Positions 44,477-58,581 of a stretch of DNA of 64,000 nucleotides are shown one piece after another. The stretch is from NCBI RefSeq assembly GCF_056712565.1, contig NZ_CM160072.1. One strand, given 5' to 3'. Positions within the stretch are counted from its first letter, which is position 1. Each line of letters opens with the position of its first letter. Made by a program: the position numbers and the translations under genes. The notes below the pieces were generated by a model. It was not told the origin of the DNA and did no database searches. It worked only from the letters and a program-made list of their open reading frames with translations.

Positions 44477-47400
44477 ATGCCAAAACGTACAGATATAAAA
44501 AGTATCCTGATTCTGGGTGCGGGCCCGATTGTTATCGGTCAGGCGTGTGAGTTTGACTACTCTGGCGCGCAAGCGTGTAAAGCCCTGCGTGAAGAGGGTT
44601 ACCGCGTCATTCTCGTGAACTCCAACCCGGCGACTATCATGACCGACCCGGAAATGGCTGATGCAACCTACATCGAGCCGATTCACTGGGAAGTGGTACG
44701 CAAGATTATTGAAAAAGAGCGCCCGGACGCGGTGCTGCCAACCATGGGGGGGCAGACGGCGCTGAACTGTGCGCTGGAGCTTGAGCGTCAGGGCGTGCTG
44801 GAAGAGTTCGGCGTCACCATGATTGGTGCCACTGCCGATGCGATTGATAAAGCCGAAGACCGCCGCCGTTTCGACGTAGCGATGAAGAAAATCGGTCTGG
44901 AAACTGCGCGTTCCGGTATCGCTCATTCAATGGAAGAAGCGCTGGCGGTTGCCGCTGAAGTTGGCTTCCCGTGCATTATTCGCCCATCCTTTACCATGGG
45001 CGGTAGCGGTGGCGGTATCGCTTATAACCGTGAAGAATTTGAAGAAATTTGCGCCCGCGGTCTGGATCTTTCTCCGACTAAAGAGCTGCTGATTGATGAG
45101 TCGCTGATCGGCTGGAAAGAGTACGAGATGGAAGTGGTGCGTGATAAAAACGACAACTGCATCATCGTCTGCTCTATCGAAAACTTTGATGCGATGGGCA
45201 TCCACACCGGTGACTCCATCACTGTCGCGCCAGCCCAAACGCTGACCGATAAAGAATATCAAATCATGCGTAACGCCTCGATGGCGGTACTGCGTGAAAT
45301 CGGCGTTGAAACCGGTGGTTCCAACGTCCAGTTTGCGGTGAACCCGAAAAACGGTCGCCTGATTGTTATCGAAATGAACCCACGCGTGTCTCGCTCCTCT
45401 GCGCTGGCGTCGAAAGCCACTGGTTTCCCGATTGCCAAAGTGGCGGCGAAACTGGCGGTGGGTTACACCCTCGACGAGCTGATGAACGACATCACCGGTG
45501 GGCGTACTCCGGCCTCCTTCGAGCCGTCCATCGACTATGTGGTTACTAAAATTCCTCGCTTCAACTTCGAGAAATTCGCCGGTGCTAACGACCGTCTGAC
45601 CACTCAGATGAAATCGGTTGGCGAAGTGATGGCGATTGGTCGCACGCAGCAGGAATCCCTACAAAAAGCGCTGCGCGGCCTGGAAGTGGGCGCAACTGGC
45701 TTCGATCCGAAAGTGAGTCTCGACGACCCGGAAGCGCTGACTAAAATCCGCCGCGAACTGAAAGATGCTGGCGCAGAGCGTATCTGGTATATCGCTGATG
45801 CCTTCCGCGCGGGCCTGTCTGTAGACGGTGTATTTAATTTGACCAACATTGACCGCTGGTTCCTGGTACAGATTGAAGAGCTGGTGCGTCTGGAAGAGAA
45901 AGTCGCAGAAGTGGGCATCACTGGCCTGCACGCTGAATTCCTGCGCCAGCTGAAACGCAAAGGCTTTGCCGATGCGCGTCTGGCAAAACTCGCGGGCGTG
46001 CGTGAAGCAGAAATCCGCAAGCTGCGCGACCAGTATGACCTGCACCCGGTTTACAAGCGCGTGGATACTTGTGCGGCAGAGTTCGCCACCGACACCGCTT
46101 ACATGTACTCCACTTATGAAGAAGAGTGCGAAGCGAATCCGTCCACCGATCGTGAAAAAATCATGGTGCTCGGCGGCGGCCCGAACCGTATCGGTCAGGG
46201 TATCGAATTCGACTACTGCTGTGTACACGCCTCGCTGGCGCTGCGCGAAGACGGTTATGAAACCATTATGGTTAACTGTAACCCGGAAACCGTCTCCACC
46301 GACTACGACACCTCTGACCGTCTCTACTTCGAGCCGGTAACTCTGGAAGACGTGCTGGAAATTGTGCGTATTGAGAAGCCGAAAGGCGTTATCGTCCAGT
46401 ACGGCGGTCAGACCCCGCTGAAACTGGCGCGCGCGCTGGAAGCTGCTGGCGTACCGGTTATCGGTACCAGCCCGGATGCCATCGACCGTGCGGAAGACCG
46501 TGAACGCTTCCAGCATGCGGTTGAGCGTCTGAAACTGAAACAACCGGCGAACGCCACCGTTACCACCATCGAAATGGCGGTTGAGAAAGCGAAAGAGATT
46601 GGCTACCCGCTGGTGGTGCGTCCGTCTTACGTTCTCGGCGGTCGGGCGATGGAAATCGTCTATGACGAAGCTGACCTGCGTCGCTACTTCCAGACAGCGG
46701 TCAGCGTATCTAACGATGCGCCAGTGTTGCTGGACCACTTCCTTGATGACGCAGTAGAAGTTGACGTGGATGCCATCTGCGACGGCGAAATGGTGCTGAT
46801 TGGCGGCATCATGGAGCATATTGAGCAGGCGGGTGTGCACTCCGGTGACTCCGCATGTTCACTGCCAGCTTACACCTTAAGTCAGGAAATTCAGGATGTG
46901 ATGCGCCAGCAGGTGCAGAAACTGGCCTTCGAACTGCAGGTGCGCGGCCTGATGAACGTGCAGTTTGCGGTGAAAAACAACGAAGTCTACCTGATTGAAG
47001 TTAACCCGCGTGCGGCGCGTACCGTTCCGTTCGTCTCCAAAGCCACCGGCGTACCGCTGGCAAAAGTGGCGGCGCGTGTGATGGCTGGCAAATCGCTGGC
47101 TGAGCAGGGCGTAACCAAAGAAGTTATCCCGCCGTACTACTCGGTGAAAGAAGTGGTGCTGCCGTTCAATAAATTCCCGGGCGTTGACCCGCTGTTAGGG
47201 CCAGAAATGCGCTCTACCGGGGAAGTAATGGGCGTGGGCCGCACCTTCGCTGAAGCGTTTGCCAAAGCGCAGCTGGGCAGCAACTCCACCATGAAGAAAC
47301 ACGGTCGTGCGCTGCTTTCCGTGCGCGAAGGCGATAAAGAACGCGTGGTGGACCTGGCGGCAAAACTGCTGAAACAGGGCTTCGAGCTGGATGCGACTCA

Positions 47401-47698
47401 CGGCACGGCGATTGTGCTGGGCGAAGCGGGTATCAATCCGCGTCTGGTGAACAAGGTGCATGAAGGCCGTCCGCACATTCAGGACCGTATTAAGAATGGC
47501 GAATATACCTACATCATCAACACCACCTCAGGTCGTCGTGCGATTGAAGACTCCCGCGTGATCCGTCGCAGTGCGCTGCAATATAAAGTGCATTACGACA
47601 CCACCCTGAACGGCGGCTTTGCCACCGCGATGGCGCTGAATGCCGATGCGACCGAAAAAGTAATTTCGGTGCAGGAAATGCACGCGCAGATCAAATAA
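44477..47698 (+). CDS. carB: Carbamoyl-phosphate synthase large subunit
   Basis: 1073-aa [36 protein letters not shown]... with duplicated ATP-grasp domains. Confidence 0.99.
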   Translation: MPKRTDIKSILILGAGPIVIGQACEFDYSGAQACKALREEGYRVILVNSNPATIMTDPEMADATYIEPIHWEVVRKIIEKERPDAVLPTMGGQTALNCALELERQGVLEEFGVTMIGATADAIDKAEDRRRFDVAMKKIGLETARSGIAHSMEEALAVAAEVGFPCIIRPSFTMGGSGGGIAYNREEFEEICARGLDLSPTKELLIDESLIGWKEYEMEVVRDKNDNCIIVCSIENFDAMGIHTGDSITVAPAQTLTDKEYQIMRNASMAVLREIGVETGGSNVQFAVNPKNGRLIVIEMNPRVSRSSALASKATGFPIAKVAAKLAVGYTLDELMNDITGGRTPASFEPSIDYVVTKIPRFNFEKFAGANDRLTTQMKSVGEVMAIGRTQQESLQKALRGLEVGATGFDPKVSLDDPEALTKIRRELKDAGAERIWYIADAFRAGLSVDGVFNLTNIDRWFLVQIEELVRLEEKVAEVGITGLHAEFLRQLKRKGFADARLAKLAGVREAEIRKLRDQYDLHPVYKRVDTCAAEFATDTAYMYSTYEEECEANPSTDREKIMVLGGGPNRIGQGIEFDYCCVHASLALREDGYETIMVNCNPETVSTDYDTSDRLYFEPVTLEDVLEIVRIEKPKGVIVQYGGQTPLKLARALEAAGVPVIGTSPDAIDRAEDRERFQHAVERLKLKQPANATVTTIEMAVEKAKEIGYPLVVRPSYVLGGRAMEIVYDEADLRRYFQTAVSVSNDAPVLLDHFLDDAVEVDVDAICDGEMVLIGGIMEHIEQAGVHSGDSACSLPAYTLSQEIQDVMRQQVQKLAFELQVRGLMNVQFAVKNNEVYLIEVNPRAARTVPFVSKATGVPLAKVAARVMAGKSLAEQGVTKEVIPPYYSVKEVVLPFNKFPGVDPLLGPEMRSTGEVMGVGRTFAEAFAKAQLGSNSTMKKHGRALLSVREGDKERVVDLAAKLLKQGFELDATHGTAIVLGEAGINPRLVNKVHEGRPHIQDRIKNGEYTYIINTTSGRRAIEDSRVIRRSALQYKVHYDTTLNGGFATAMALNADATEKVISVQEMHAQIK

Positions 47699-47751
47699 TA
47701 GCGTGTCATGGCGGATATTTTTCATCCGCTAATTTGATCGAATAACTAATA

Positions 47752-47778
47752 CGGTTCTCTGATGAGGACCGTTTTTTT
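47752..47778 (+). terminator. carAB rho-independent terminator
   Basis: CGGTTCTC-tgat-GAGGACCG stem followed by TTTTTTT. Confidence 0.75.
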
Positions 47779-48488
47779 GTGCACAGAAAACCCCCAGCTA
47801 GGCTGGGGGTTCCGGAAAGCTTTCAGCTTTGAGCCAGTTATTAAAACCCCTTTTGATTTGTTAAAACACCTTGCGGTCTGGCAACTGCAAGTGTCAAACA
47901 AGAAATCAAAAGGGGGTCCCAATGGGGAACGAAAAGAGCTTAGCGCACACCCGATGGAACTGTAAATATCACATAGTATTTGCGCCAAAATACCGAAGAC
48001 AGGTGTTCTACAGAGAGAAGCGTAGAGCAATAGGCTGTATTTTGAGAAAGCTGTGTGAGTGGAAAAGTGTACGGATTCTGGAAGCTGAATGCTGTGCAGA
48101 TCATATCCATATGCTTGTGGAGATCCCGCCCAAAATGAGCGTATCAGGCTTTATGGGATATCTGAAAGGGAAAAGCAGTCTGATGCCTTACGAGCAGTTT
48201 GGTGATTTGAAATTCAAATACAGGAACAGGGAGTTCTGGTGCAGAGGGTATTACGTCGATACGGTGGGTAAGAACACGGCGAAGATACAGGATTACATAA
48301 AGCACCAGCTTGAAGAGGATAAAATGGGAGAGCAGTTATCGATTCCCTATCCGGGCAGCCCGTTTACGGGCCGTAAGTAACGAAGTTGGATGCAAATGTC
48401 AGATCGTGTGCGCCTGTTAGGGCGCGGCTGGTAAGAGAGCCTTATAGGCGCATTTGAAAAACCTCCGGCTATGCCGGAGGATATTTAT
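47779..48488 (+). mobile_element. IS200-type insertion sequence (IS200/IS605 family); ends approximate
   Basis: Left-end perfect hairpin AAAACCCCCAGC-tagg-CTGGGGGTT, then a stem-loop (CCCCTTTTGATTT...AAATCAAAAGGGGG) sequestering the tnpA RBS, then a 152-codon tnpA and a right-end hairpin CCTCCGGC-tat-GCCGGAGG. Size about 0.71 kb. Confidence 0.75.
47922..48380 (+). CDS. tnpA: IS200 transposase TnpA (Y1 HUH transposase)
   Basis: 152-aa protein MGNEKSLAHTRWNCKYHIVFAPKYRRQVFY... with HUH motif (DHIHML) and catalytic Tyr region (RGYYVDTVG). Confidence 0.9.
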   Translation: MGNEKSLAHTRWNCKYHIVFAPKYRRQVFYREKRRAIGCILRKLCEWKSVRILEAECCADHIHMLVEIPPKMSVSGFMGYLKGKSSLMPYEQFGDLKFKYRNREFWCRGYYVDTVGKNTAKIQDYIKHQLEEDKMGEQLSIPYPGSPFTGRK

Positions 48489-48669
48489 TTGCCCATTAAG
48501 TAAATCTTTTGGGGAATCGATATTTTTGATGACATAAGCAGGATTTAGCTCACACTTATCGACGGTGAAGTTGCATACTATCGATATATCCACAATTTTA
48601 ATATGGCCTTGTTTAATTGCTGCAAAACGAGTCATAGCCAGTCTTTTAATTTGTGAAACTGGAGTTCGT

Positions 48670-49065
48670 ATGTGTGAAGGATGTGTTGAAAAACCACTCT
48701 ATTTGTTAATCGCCGAATGGATGATGGCTGAAAACCGGTGGGTGATAGCAAGAGAGATCTCTATTCATTTCGATATTGAACACAGCAAGGCGGTTAATAC
48801 CCTGACTTATATTCTGTCGGAAGTCACAGAAATAAGCTGCGAAGTTAAGATGATCCCTAATAAGCTGGAAGGGCGGGGATGCCAGTGCCAGCGACTGGTA
48901 AAAGTGGTTGATATCGATGAGCAAATTTACGCGCGCCTGCGCAATAACAGCCGGGATAAATTAGTCGGCGTAAGAAAGACGCCGCGTATTCCTGCCGTTC
49001 CGCTCACGGAACTTAACCGCGAGCAGAAGTGGCAGATGATGTTGTCAAAGAGTATGCGTCGTTAA
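48670..49065 (+). CDS. caiF: Carnitine operon transcriptional activator CaiF
   Basis: 131-aa protein MCEGCVEKPLYLLIAEWMMAENRWVIAREIS...; start set at the internal Met. Confidence 0.9.
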   Translation: MCEGCVEKPLYLLIAEWMMAENRWVIAREISIHFDIEHSKAVNTLTYILSEVTEISCEVKMIPNKLEGRGCQCQRLVKVVDIDEQIYARLRNNSRDKLVGVRKTPRIPAVPLTELNREQKWQMMLSKSMRR

Positions 49066-49097
49066 TGTCATTTCGTTGATACCGTGCGACCTGGTCG

Positions 49098-49180
49098 CTG
49101 GATGCGATGCTGGCGCATCTTATCCGGCCTACGGTTGCTTTACAGCCAGGTCGGATAAGGCGTTTATGCCGCATCCGACG
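49098..49180. repeat. REP element pair between convergent caiF and caiE
   Basis: GCTGGATGCGATGCTGGCGCATCTTATCCGGCCTAC and CAGGTCGGATAAGGCGTTTATGCCGCATCCGACG units. Confidence 0.7.
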
Positions 49181-49183
49181 ATG

Positions 49184-49774
49184 TTACCGTTTCGGCGTCA
49201 CATCCGTCGTCCCCTGCAAACGGGGGCGATTTTCCTCCATTTGCCTCAGTGGCTGCGTTTCATGTAACGCTGCATGACAGCGCCCGACAAGATCCTGATA
49301 CTCTTTGGTATTCAACCGTTTCCAGTGTAACTCGTCGTCACTCACGCTGCGTACAGCGCGGGCTGGCGTACCCATCAACAACTGGCGTTTCTCGCCGCGA
49401 AAGCCCGCTTTGACAAAGCTCATAGCGGCAACAATGCTCTCTTCGCCAATGACCGCGCCATCCATAATCACGCTGTTCATCCCGACCAGTGCATCGCGAC
49501 CAATCACACAACCATGCAGGATCGCTCCGTGCCCGATATGACCGTTTTCCCCAACGATGGTGTCAGTGTCGCAGTAGCCATGCATAATGCAGCCATCCTG
49601 AATATTGGCTCCCGCTTGCACGATCAACCGCCCGTAGTCACCACGCAGTGAGGCGAGTGGGCCGATGTAGACACCGGCTCCCACAATCACATCGCCAATC
49701 AATACTGCACTGGGATGGACAAACGCCGTCGGGTGAACAACCGGAATTAACCCCTCAAAGGCGTAATAGCTCAC
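49184..49774 (-). CDS. caiE: Carnitine operon protein CaiE (hexapeptide-repeat / gamma-carbonic-anhydrase-like)
   Basis: Translation ...[31 protein letters not shown]... with left-handed beta-helix repeats; GTG start 5 nt downstream of the caiD stop (the ORF-track ATG start would overlap caiD). Confidence 0.88.
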   Translation of the reverse strand: MSYYAFEGLIPVVHPTAFVHPSAVLIGDVIVGAGVYIGPLASLRGDYGRLIVQAGANIQDGCIMHGYCDTDTIVGENGHIGHGAILHGCVIGRDALVGMNSVIMDGAVIGEESIVAAMSFVKAGFRGEKRQLLMGTPARAVRSVSDDELHWKRLNTKEYQDLVGRCHAALHETQPLRQMEENRPRLQGTTDVTPKR

Positions 49775-49779
49775 GGTTG

Positions 49780-50565
49780 TTAACGTCCTTTCCACACTGG
49801 ATCGCGCTTCTCGGCAAACGCCAGCGGCCCTTCAATGGCATCCTCCGAATGCAGAACCGATGGATAGTGTTTCAACACGCCGCTGCGAATATAGCGATAC
49901 GCTTCTTCTACCGGCATTTCACTGGTGGTGCGGTAGATCTCTTTCAGCGCCGCAATCGCCAGCGGAGCGCTGTTAACCAGCTGCTGCGCCAGTTCGCGGG
50001 CGTTATCCATCAGTTCCGCCTGGCTAACCACGCGGTTGACTACCCCCCAACGCAGCGCCTCTTCTGCGCCCATTCGTCTGCCGGTCATCACCATTTCATT
50101 GACGATGGCAGGCGGCAGGATCTTCGGCAGACGCAGCACGCCGCCGCTGTCAGGAACGATGCCCAGTTTGGCTTCCGGTAGGGCGAAGCTGGCGTTATCG
50201 GCACAAACAATAAAATCTGCCGCCAGCGCCAGTTCAAAGCCGCCGCCAAAGGCATAGCCGTTCACAGCGGCGATGACCGGTTTGTCGAGATTGAAAATTT
50301 CGGTTAATCCCGCAAAACCTCCCGGGCCAAAGTCAGCATCCGGTGCTTCGCCTTCTGCTGCCGCTTTTAAATCCCAGCCCGCGGAAAAGAATTTCTCTCC
50401 GGCACCGGTAATAATGGCGACACGTAATTGCGGATCGTCACGGAAATTTAGAAATACTTCGCCCATTTCAAAGCTGGTTTTTGCATCAATAGCATTCGCT
50501 TTTGGACGATCAAGGGTAATTTCCAGAATTGATCCATTGCGGGTCAGATGTAATGATTCACTCAT
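49780..50565 (-). CDS. caiD: Crotonobetainyl-CoA hydratase CaiD (enoyl-CoA hydratase family)
   Basis: 261-aa protein [27 protein letters not shown]...; start set at the internal ATG with AAGGAA SD. Confidence 0.92.
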   Translation of the reverse strand: MSESLHLTRNGSILEITLDRPKANAIDAKTSFEMGEVFLNFRDDPQLRVAIITGAGEKFFSAGWDLKAAAEGEAPDADFGPGGFAGLTEIFNLDKPVIAAVNGYAFGGGFELALAADFIVCADNASFALPEAKLGIVPDSGGVLRLPKILPPAIVNEMVMTGRRMGAEEALRWGVVNRVVSQAELMDNARELAQQLVNSAPLAIAALKEIYRTTSEMPVEEAYRYIRSGVLKHYPSVLHSEDAIEGPLAFAEKRDPVWKGR

Positions 50566-50673
50566 TCCTTTTCTCCATTTTTGCTTTTTCAGGGACGACA
50601 ACATCCCTGCAAAAAATGCATATTGTTTTAGAGCGTGATTATTAGCTGACAGGGTAGTTCCCTGCCGTTTCAT

Positions 50674-52227
50674 TTATTTCAGATTCTTTCTAATTATTTT
50701 CCCCGAGCAATTACGTGGCAGATCTTTTCTGATCTCCAGATAAGAGGGCACTTTAAATTTCGCCATATTCTGTTCACAGAAGCAGAAGAATTCCTCTTCG
50801 CTCAATGTTTCACCTTCATTCAGCACCACAAATGCTTTGATGGCTTCATCGCGAATCGAATCTTTAATACCCACAACCACGATATCCTGAATTTTTGGAT
50901 GGGTGGCGATGATATTTTCGAGCTCCACGCAGGAGACATTCTCGCCACCGCGTTTGATCATATTGCAGCGGCGATCGACGAAATAAAAAAAGCCCTCTTC
51001 GTCGCGGTATCCGGTATCGCCGGTATGTAGCCAGCCATCGGCTTCCAGCACTTTCGCAGTGGCTTTCGGGTTGAGAAAATACTCTTTGAAGATGGTTTTC
51101 CCTGGTACGCCTTTAATACAGATTTCACCGAGCTCACCAGCCGGGAGGGGACGATTGTGATCGTCGCGGATCTCCGCTTCGTAGCAAAAGCCCGCCCGAC
51201 CAATCGACGGCCAGCGCCGTTTATCGCCAGGGCGATCGCCGATAATGCCCACAATGGTTTCCGTCATCCCATAAGACGTCAGCAAGCGAACGCCGAAGCG
51301 TTCACAAAACGCGTCTTTTTCCTGTTCCGACAAGTTGAGATAAAACATCACTTCCCGCAGGCGGTGTTGCCGATCGTTCGCTGAAGGCGGCTGCACCATC
51401 AACGTACGAATCATCATCGGAATACATTCGGTAATGGTGGCGCGGTACTTCTGCACCTGTCCCCAGAAGGCGCGGGCGCTGTATTTCTCGACCAGCACAA
51501 AGGTGGCCCCGGCAGAAAACGCCGCCATCGCCGCAGTACACTGGCAATCGATATGAAACGCAGGCATTACCGTCAGGTAGACGTCATCGTCACGCAGTGC
51601 ACACTGCCAGGCGGAGTAATATCCAGCGAAGCGCAGGTTGTAATGGGTAATCACCACCCCTTTCGGTCGGGAGGTAGTGCCGGAGGTGAAGAGAATTTCC
51701 GCCGTATCGTCAGTCGATAGCGGCGGTGCATAGCACAAGGTGGCAGGTTGTTGATTTTTCAGTTGAGTAAACGAACTCACGCCATCATCAGCGGGAAGTG
51801 CCATATCTATCAGGCAAATGTGCCGCAACTGAGAGGCATCTTCCTGCTGAATCTGTTGATACATAGGATAAAATTGCGCACTGGTCACCAGCAGGCACGC
51901 CTGGCTATTTTGCAGGATCCACGTGCTTTCTTCGCGCAACAGGCGGGCGTTAATTGGCACCATAATCGCGCCAATTTTTGCCAGCCCGAACCAGCAAAAG
52001 ATAAATTCCGGGCAGTTGTCGAGATGTAGAGCAACCTTGTCGCCTTTGCGAATCCCCAGCGTATAAAACAGGTTTGCCGTGCGGTTAATCTCCTGATTTA
52101 ACTCAAGATAACTATACCGGTTAACGACTCCGCCGCTGGATTCACAAATCAGCGCCGTTTTATGACCGTAAACGTCCGCCAGATCGTCCCACATTTGACG
52201 TAGATGTTGTCCGCCAATGATATCCAT
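50674..52227 (-). CDS. caiC: Carnitine/crotonobetaine--CoA ligase CaiC
   Basis: Adenylate-forming enzyme with AMP-binding motif [10 protein letters not shown]; start set at MDIIGGQ (ORF track begins 5 codons upstream). Confidence 0.9.
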   Translation of the reverse strand: MDIIGGQHLRQMWDDLADVYGHKTALICESSGGVVNRYSYLELNQEINRTANLFYTLGIRKGDKVALHLDNCPEFIFCWFGLAKIGAIMVPINARLLREESTWILQNSQACLLVTSAQFYPMYQQIQQEDASQLRHICLIDMALPADDGVSSFTQLKNQQPATLCYAPPLSTDDTAEILFTSGTTSRPKGVVITHYNLRFAGYYSAWQCALRDDDVYLTVMPAFHIDCQCTAAMAAFSAGATFVLVEKYSARAFWGQVQKYRATITECIPMMIRTLMVQPPSANDRQHRLREVMFYLNLSEQEKDAFCERFGVRLLTSYGMTETIVGIIGDRPGDKRRWPSIGRAGFCYEAEIRDDHNRPLPAGELGEICIKGVPGKTIFKEYFLNPKATAKVLEADGWLHTGDTGYRDEEGFFYFVDRRCNMIKRGGENVSCVELENIIATHPKIQDIVVVGIKDSIRDEAIKAFVVLNEGETLSEEEFFCFCEQNMAKFKVPSYLEIRKDLPRNCSGKIIRKNLK

Positions 52228-52299
52228 TGCACCTCTATCCATTTTGTTCGTTTGTTATTGGGCGGGCGCTAGTCAGGCAAGTTGACTGACGCCACGCGT

Positions 52300-53535
<1,236 letters not shown>

Positions 53536-53550
53536 TTATGTAGCGCATGA

Positions 53551-53635
<85 letters not shown>

Positions 53636-53644
53636 CGCACGGAC

Positions 53645-54787
53645 TTAACGGTATTGCTTCAGCACCGCGCGACCCAGCGTCAGGATCTGCATTTCGTCAG
53701 ATCCTCCGGAAACGCGGTCTACACGCAGGTCACGCCAGAAGCGGCTGATGCGGTGGTTGCCCGCAATCCCGACACCGCCCAGCACCTGCATTGCGCTATC
53801 CACCACTTCAAATGCCGCATTGGCGCAGAAGTATTTGCACATCGCTGCATCGCCAGAGGTGATGGTGCCGTTGTCTGCTTTCCACGCTGCTTCATACAGC
53901 ATGTTTTTCATGGAGTTTAATTTGATCGCCATGTGGGCGAATTTTTCCTGAATCAACTGGAAACGACCAATAGCCTCGCCAAACTGCACACGCTGGTTGG
54001 CGTAGCGCGCCGCATCTTCAAAGGCGCACATCGCCGTACCGTAGTTGGTCAGGGCTACCAGGAAACGTTCATGGTCGAACTCTTCTTTGACGCGGTTAAA
54101 GCCGTTACCTTCCCGACCGAACATGTCTTTCTCGTCCAGTTCCACGTCGTCAAAGGTGATTTCACAGCAGCTATCCATACGCAGACCGAGCTTTTCAAGT
54201 TTGGTCACTTTGATGCCCGGTTTGCTCATATCAACAAACCATTCGGTGTAGACAGGTTTGTCCGGAGAAGCCCCGTCGCGCGCCATCACCACGATGTACG
54301 GGGTGTAGGCGCTGCTGGTAATAAAACACTTACTACCATTAAGATAAATCTTACCATTTCTACGGGTATAAGTCGTTTTCAGGCTACCCACGTCGGAGCC
54401 TGCGCCCGGTTCGGTAATTGCTGAGTTCCACATCTGCTTACCGGTGCCGCGGAAAGCCATAATCTTGTCGATCTGCTCTTGCGTACCTTCACGCAGGAAG
54501 GTGTTAAACCCGCCCGGTAACTGATACAGCACGTAAGTTGGCGCTCCCAGACGACCCAGTTCCATCCACACGGCGGCGAGAGTAACAAACCCCGCGTCCA
54601 GACCACCGTGCTCTTCAGGGATCAGCAGACTGTCGATACCCATATCCGCCAGGGCTTTGACAAAACGTTCCGGGTAGACGCTGTCACGGTCGCACTCGGC
54701 AAAATAGGCCTCCCAGTTTTCGCTGGCCATCAGTTCGCGGATACCGGCGACAAACAGTTCCTGCTCATCATTTAAATTAAAATCCAT
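53645..54787 (-). CDS. caiA: Crotonobetainyl-CoA reductase CaiA (acyl-CoA dehydrogenase family)
   Basis: 380-aa [34 protein letters not shown]... with ACAD fold features. Confidence 0.95.
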
Positions 54788-54817
54788 CTTTCAACCTCTT
54801 GATATTTTGGGGGTTAA

Positions 54818-56335
<1,518 letters not shown>

Positions 56336-56471
56336 TTAATTCCACTGTGAAAACGAACATTTATTTTGCGTTCCCGTTTGTTTTATTTTTGTTAACATTT
56401 AATATAATTATTATTAACCTCGTGGACGCGTTAATGGCTAACTCATAATGGGTATTCAATAAGCTGCATTC

Positions 56472-56487
56472 TGTGATTGTTATCACA
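56472..56487. promoter_or_regulatory. CRP binding site in the divergent cai/fix control region
   Basis: TGTGA-ttgtta-TCACA, a near-perfect CRP consensus. Confidence 0.7.
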
Positions 56488-56579
56488 TTTTTGTTTCGGG
56501 TGAATAGAGGGCATTTTTTCGTTAATTTTGATTATTAATCAGTTTGTTATGTTATGTTGTGAGTAAAAAAATAGCATCT

Positions 56580-56716
56580 GACTTTCAATATTGGTGATCC
56601 ATAAAACAATATTGAAAATTTCTTTTTGCTACGCCATGTTTTCAATATTGGTGAGGAGCTTAACAATATTGAAAGTTGGATTTATCTGCGTGTGACATTT
56701 TCAATATTGGTGATTA
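56580..56716. promoter_or_regulatory. Array of five CAATATTG-core repeats (candidate CaiF activator sites)
   Basis: TTTCAATATTGGTGA three times (cores at 56586, 56643, 56702) alternating with AACAATATTGAAA twice (cores at 56607, 56664). Confidence 0.55.
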
Positions 56717-56804
56717 AAGTTTTATTTCCAAATTAAAGGGCGTGATATCTGTAATTAACACCACCGATATGAACGACGTTTCCTTCATGATTTCTGGAGA
56801 TGCA

Positions 56805-57575
56805 ATGAAGATTATTACTTGCTATAAGTGCGTGCCTGATGAACAGGATATTGCGGTCAATAATGCTGATGGTTCGTTAGACTTCAGCAAAGCCGATGCC
56901 AAAATAAGCCAATACGATCTCAACGCTATTGAAGCGGCTTGCCAGCTAAAGCAACAGGCAGCAGAGGCGCAGGTGACGGCCTTAAGTGTGGGCGGTAAAG
57001 CCCTGACCAACGCCAAAGGGCGTAAAGATGTGCTATCGCGCGGTCCGGATGAACTGATTGTGGTGATTGATGACCAGTTCGAGCAGGCACTGCCGCAACA
57101 AACGGCGAGCGTACTGGCTGCAGCCGCTCAGAAAGCAGGCTTTGATTTGATCCTCTGTGGCGATGGTTCTTCCGACCTTTATGCCCAGCAGGTTGGTTTG
57201 CTGGTAGGCGAAATCCTTAATATTCCGGCAGTTAACGGCGTCAGCAAAATTATCTCCCTGACTGCAGATACCCTCACCGTTGAGCGCGAACTGGAAGATG
57301 AAACAGAAACCTTAAGCATTCCGCTGCCTGCGGTTGTTGCTGTTTCCACTGATATCAACTCCCCACAAATTCCTTCGATGAAAGCCATTCTCGGCGCGGC
57401 GAAAAAGCCAGTCCAGGTATGGTCGGCGGCGGATATCGGTTTTAACGCAGAGGCAGCCTGGTCAGAACAACAGGTTGCCGCGCCGAAACAGCGCGAGCGT
57501 CAGCGCATCGTGATTGAAGGCGACGGCGAAGAACAGATCGCCGCATTTGCTGAAAATCTTCGCAAAGTCATTTAA
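56805..57575 (+). CDS. fixA: Electron transfer flavoprotein beta-subunit homologue FixA
   Basis: 256-aa protein [27 protein letters not shown]...; start set at the internal ATG. Confidence 0.93.
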
Positions 57576-57589
57576 TTACAGGGGATGCT

Positions 57590-58531
57590 ATGAACACGTT
57601 TTCTCAAGTCTGGGTATTCAGCGATACCCCTTCTCGTCTGCCGGAACTGATGAACGGTGCGCAGGCTTTAGCTAATCAAATCAACACGTTCGTCCTCAAT
57701 GATGCCGACGGCACACAGGCAATCCAGCTCGGCGCTAATCATGTCTGGAAATTAAGCGGCAAACCGGACGAGCGGATGATCGAAGATTACGCCGGTGTCA
57801 TGGCTGACACTATTCGCCAGCACGGCGCAGACGGTCTGGTGCTGTTGCCAAACACCCGTCGCGGCAAATTACTGGCGGCGAAACTGGGTTACCGCCTTAA
57901 CGCGGCGGTGTCTAACGATGCCAGCGCTGTTAGCGTGCAGGACGGTAAAGCGACAGTGAAACACATGGTTTACGGCGGTCTGGCGATTGGCGAAGAACGC
58001 ATTGCCACGCCGTATGCGGTACTGACCATCAGCAGCGGCACGTTCGATGCGGCTCAGCCAGACGCGTCACGCACTGGCGAAACGCACACCGTGGAGTGGC
58101 AGGCTCCGGCTGTGGCGATTACCCGCACGGCAACCCAGGCGCGTCAGAGCAACAGCGTCGATCTCGACAAAGCCCGCTTGGTGGTCAGCGTTGGTCGCGG
58201 TATTGGCAGCAAAGAGAACATTGCGCTGGCAGAACAGCTTTGCAAGGCGATAGGTGCGGAGTTGGCCTGTTCTCGTCCGGTGGCGGAAAACGAAAAATGG
58301 ATGGAGCACGAACGCTATGTCGGTATCTCCAACCTGATGCTGAAACCTGAACTGTACCTGGCGGTGGGGATCTCCGGGCAGATCCAGCACATGGTTGGCG
58401 CTAATGCGTCGCAAACCATTTTCGCCATCAACAAAGATAAAAATGCGCCGATCTTCCAGTACGCGGATTACGGCATTGTTGGCGACGCCGTGAAGATCCT
58501 TCCGGCACTGACCGTAGCTTTAGCGCGTTGA
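57590..58531 (+). CDS. fixB: Electron transfer flavoprotein alpha-subunit homologue FixB
   Basis: 313-aa [31 protein letters not shown]... Confidence 0.95.
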
Positions 58532-58581
58532 TCCACTCTGGCAGGGCTGCATTTTGGCCCTGCCGCTGACAGGGAGCTCTT

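Noticed and set aside
45659-46840. 393-aa minus-strand ORF inside carB
   Set aside because: Antisense shadow frame of carB with low-complexity translation.
56578-56716. Spaced direct repeats considered as a possible CRISPR array
   Set aside because: Only five short (8-15 bp) repeats with irregular spacing, no cas genes, and they sit in the known cai/fix control region; they are regulatory sites, not CRISPR.
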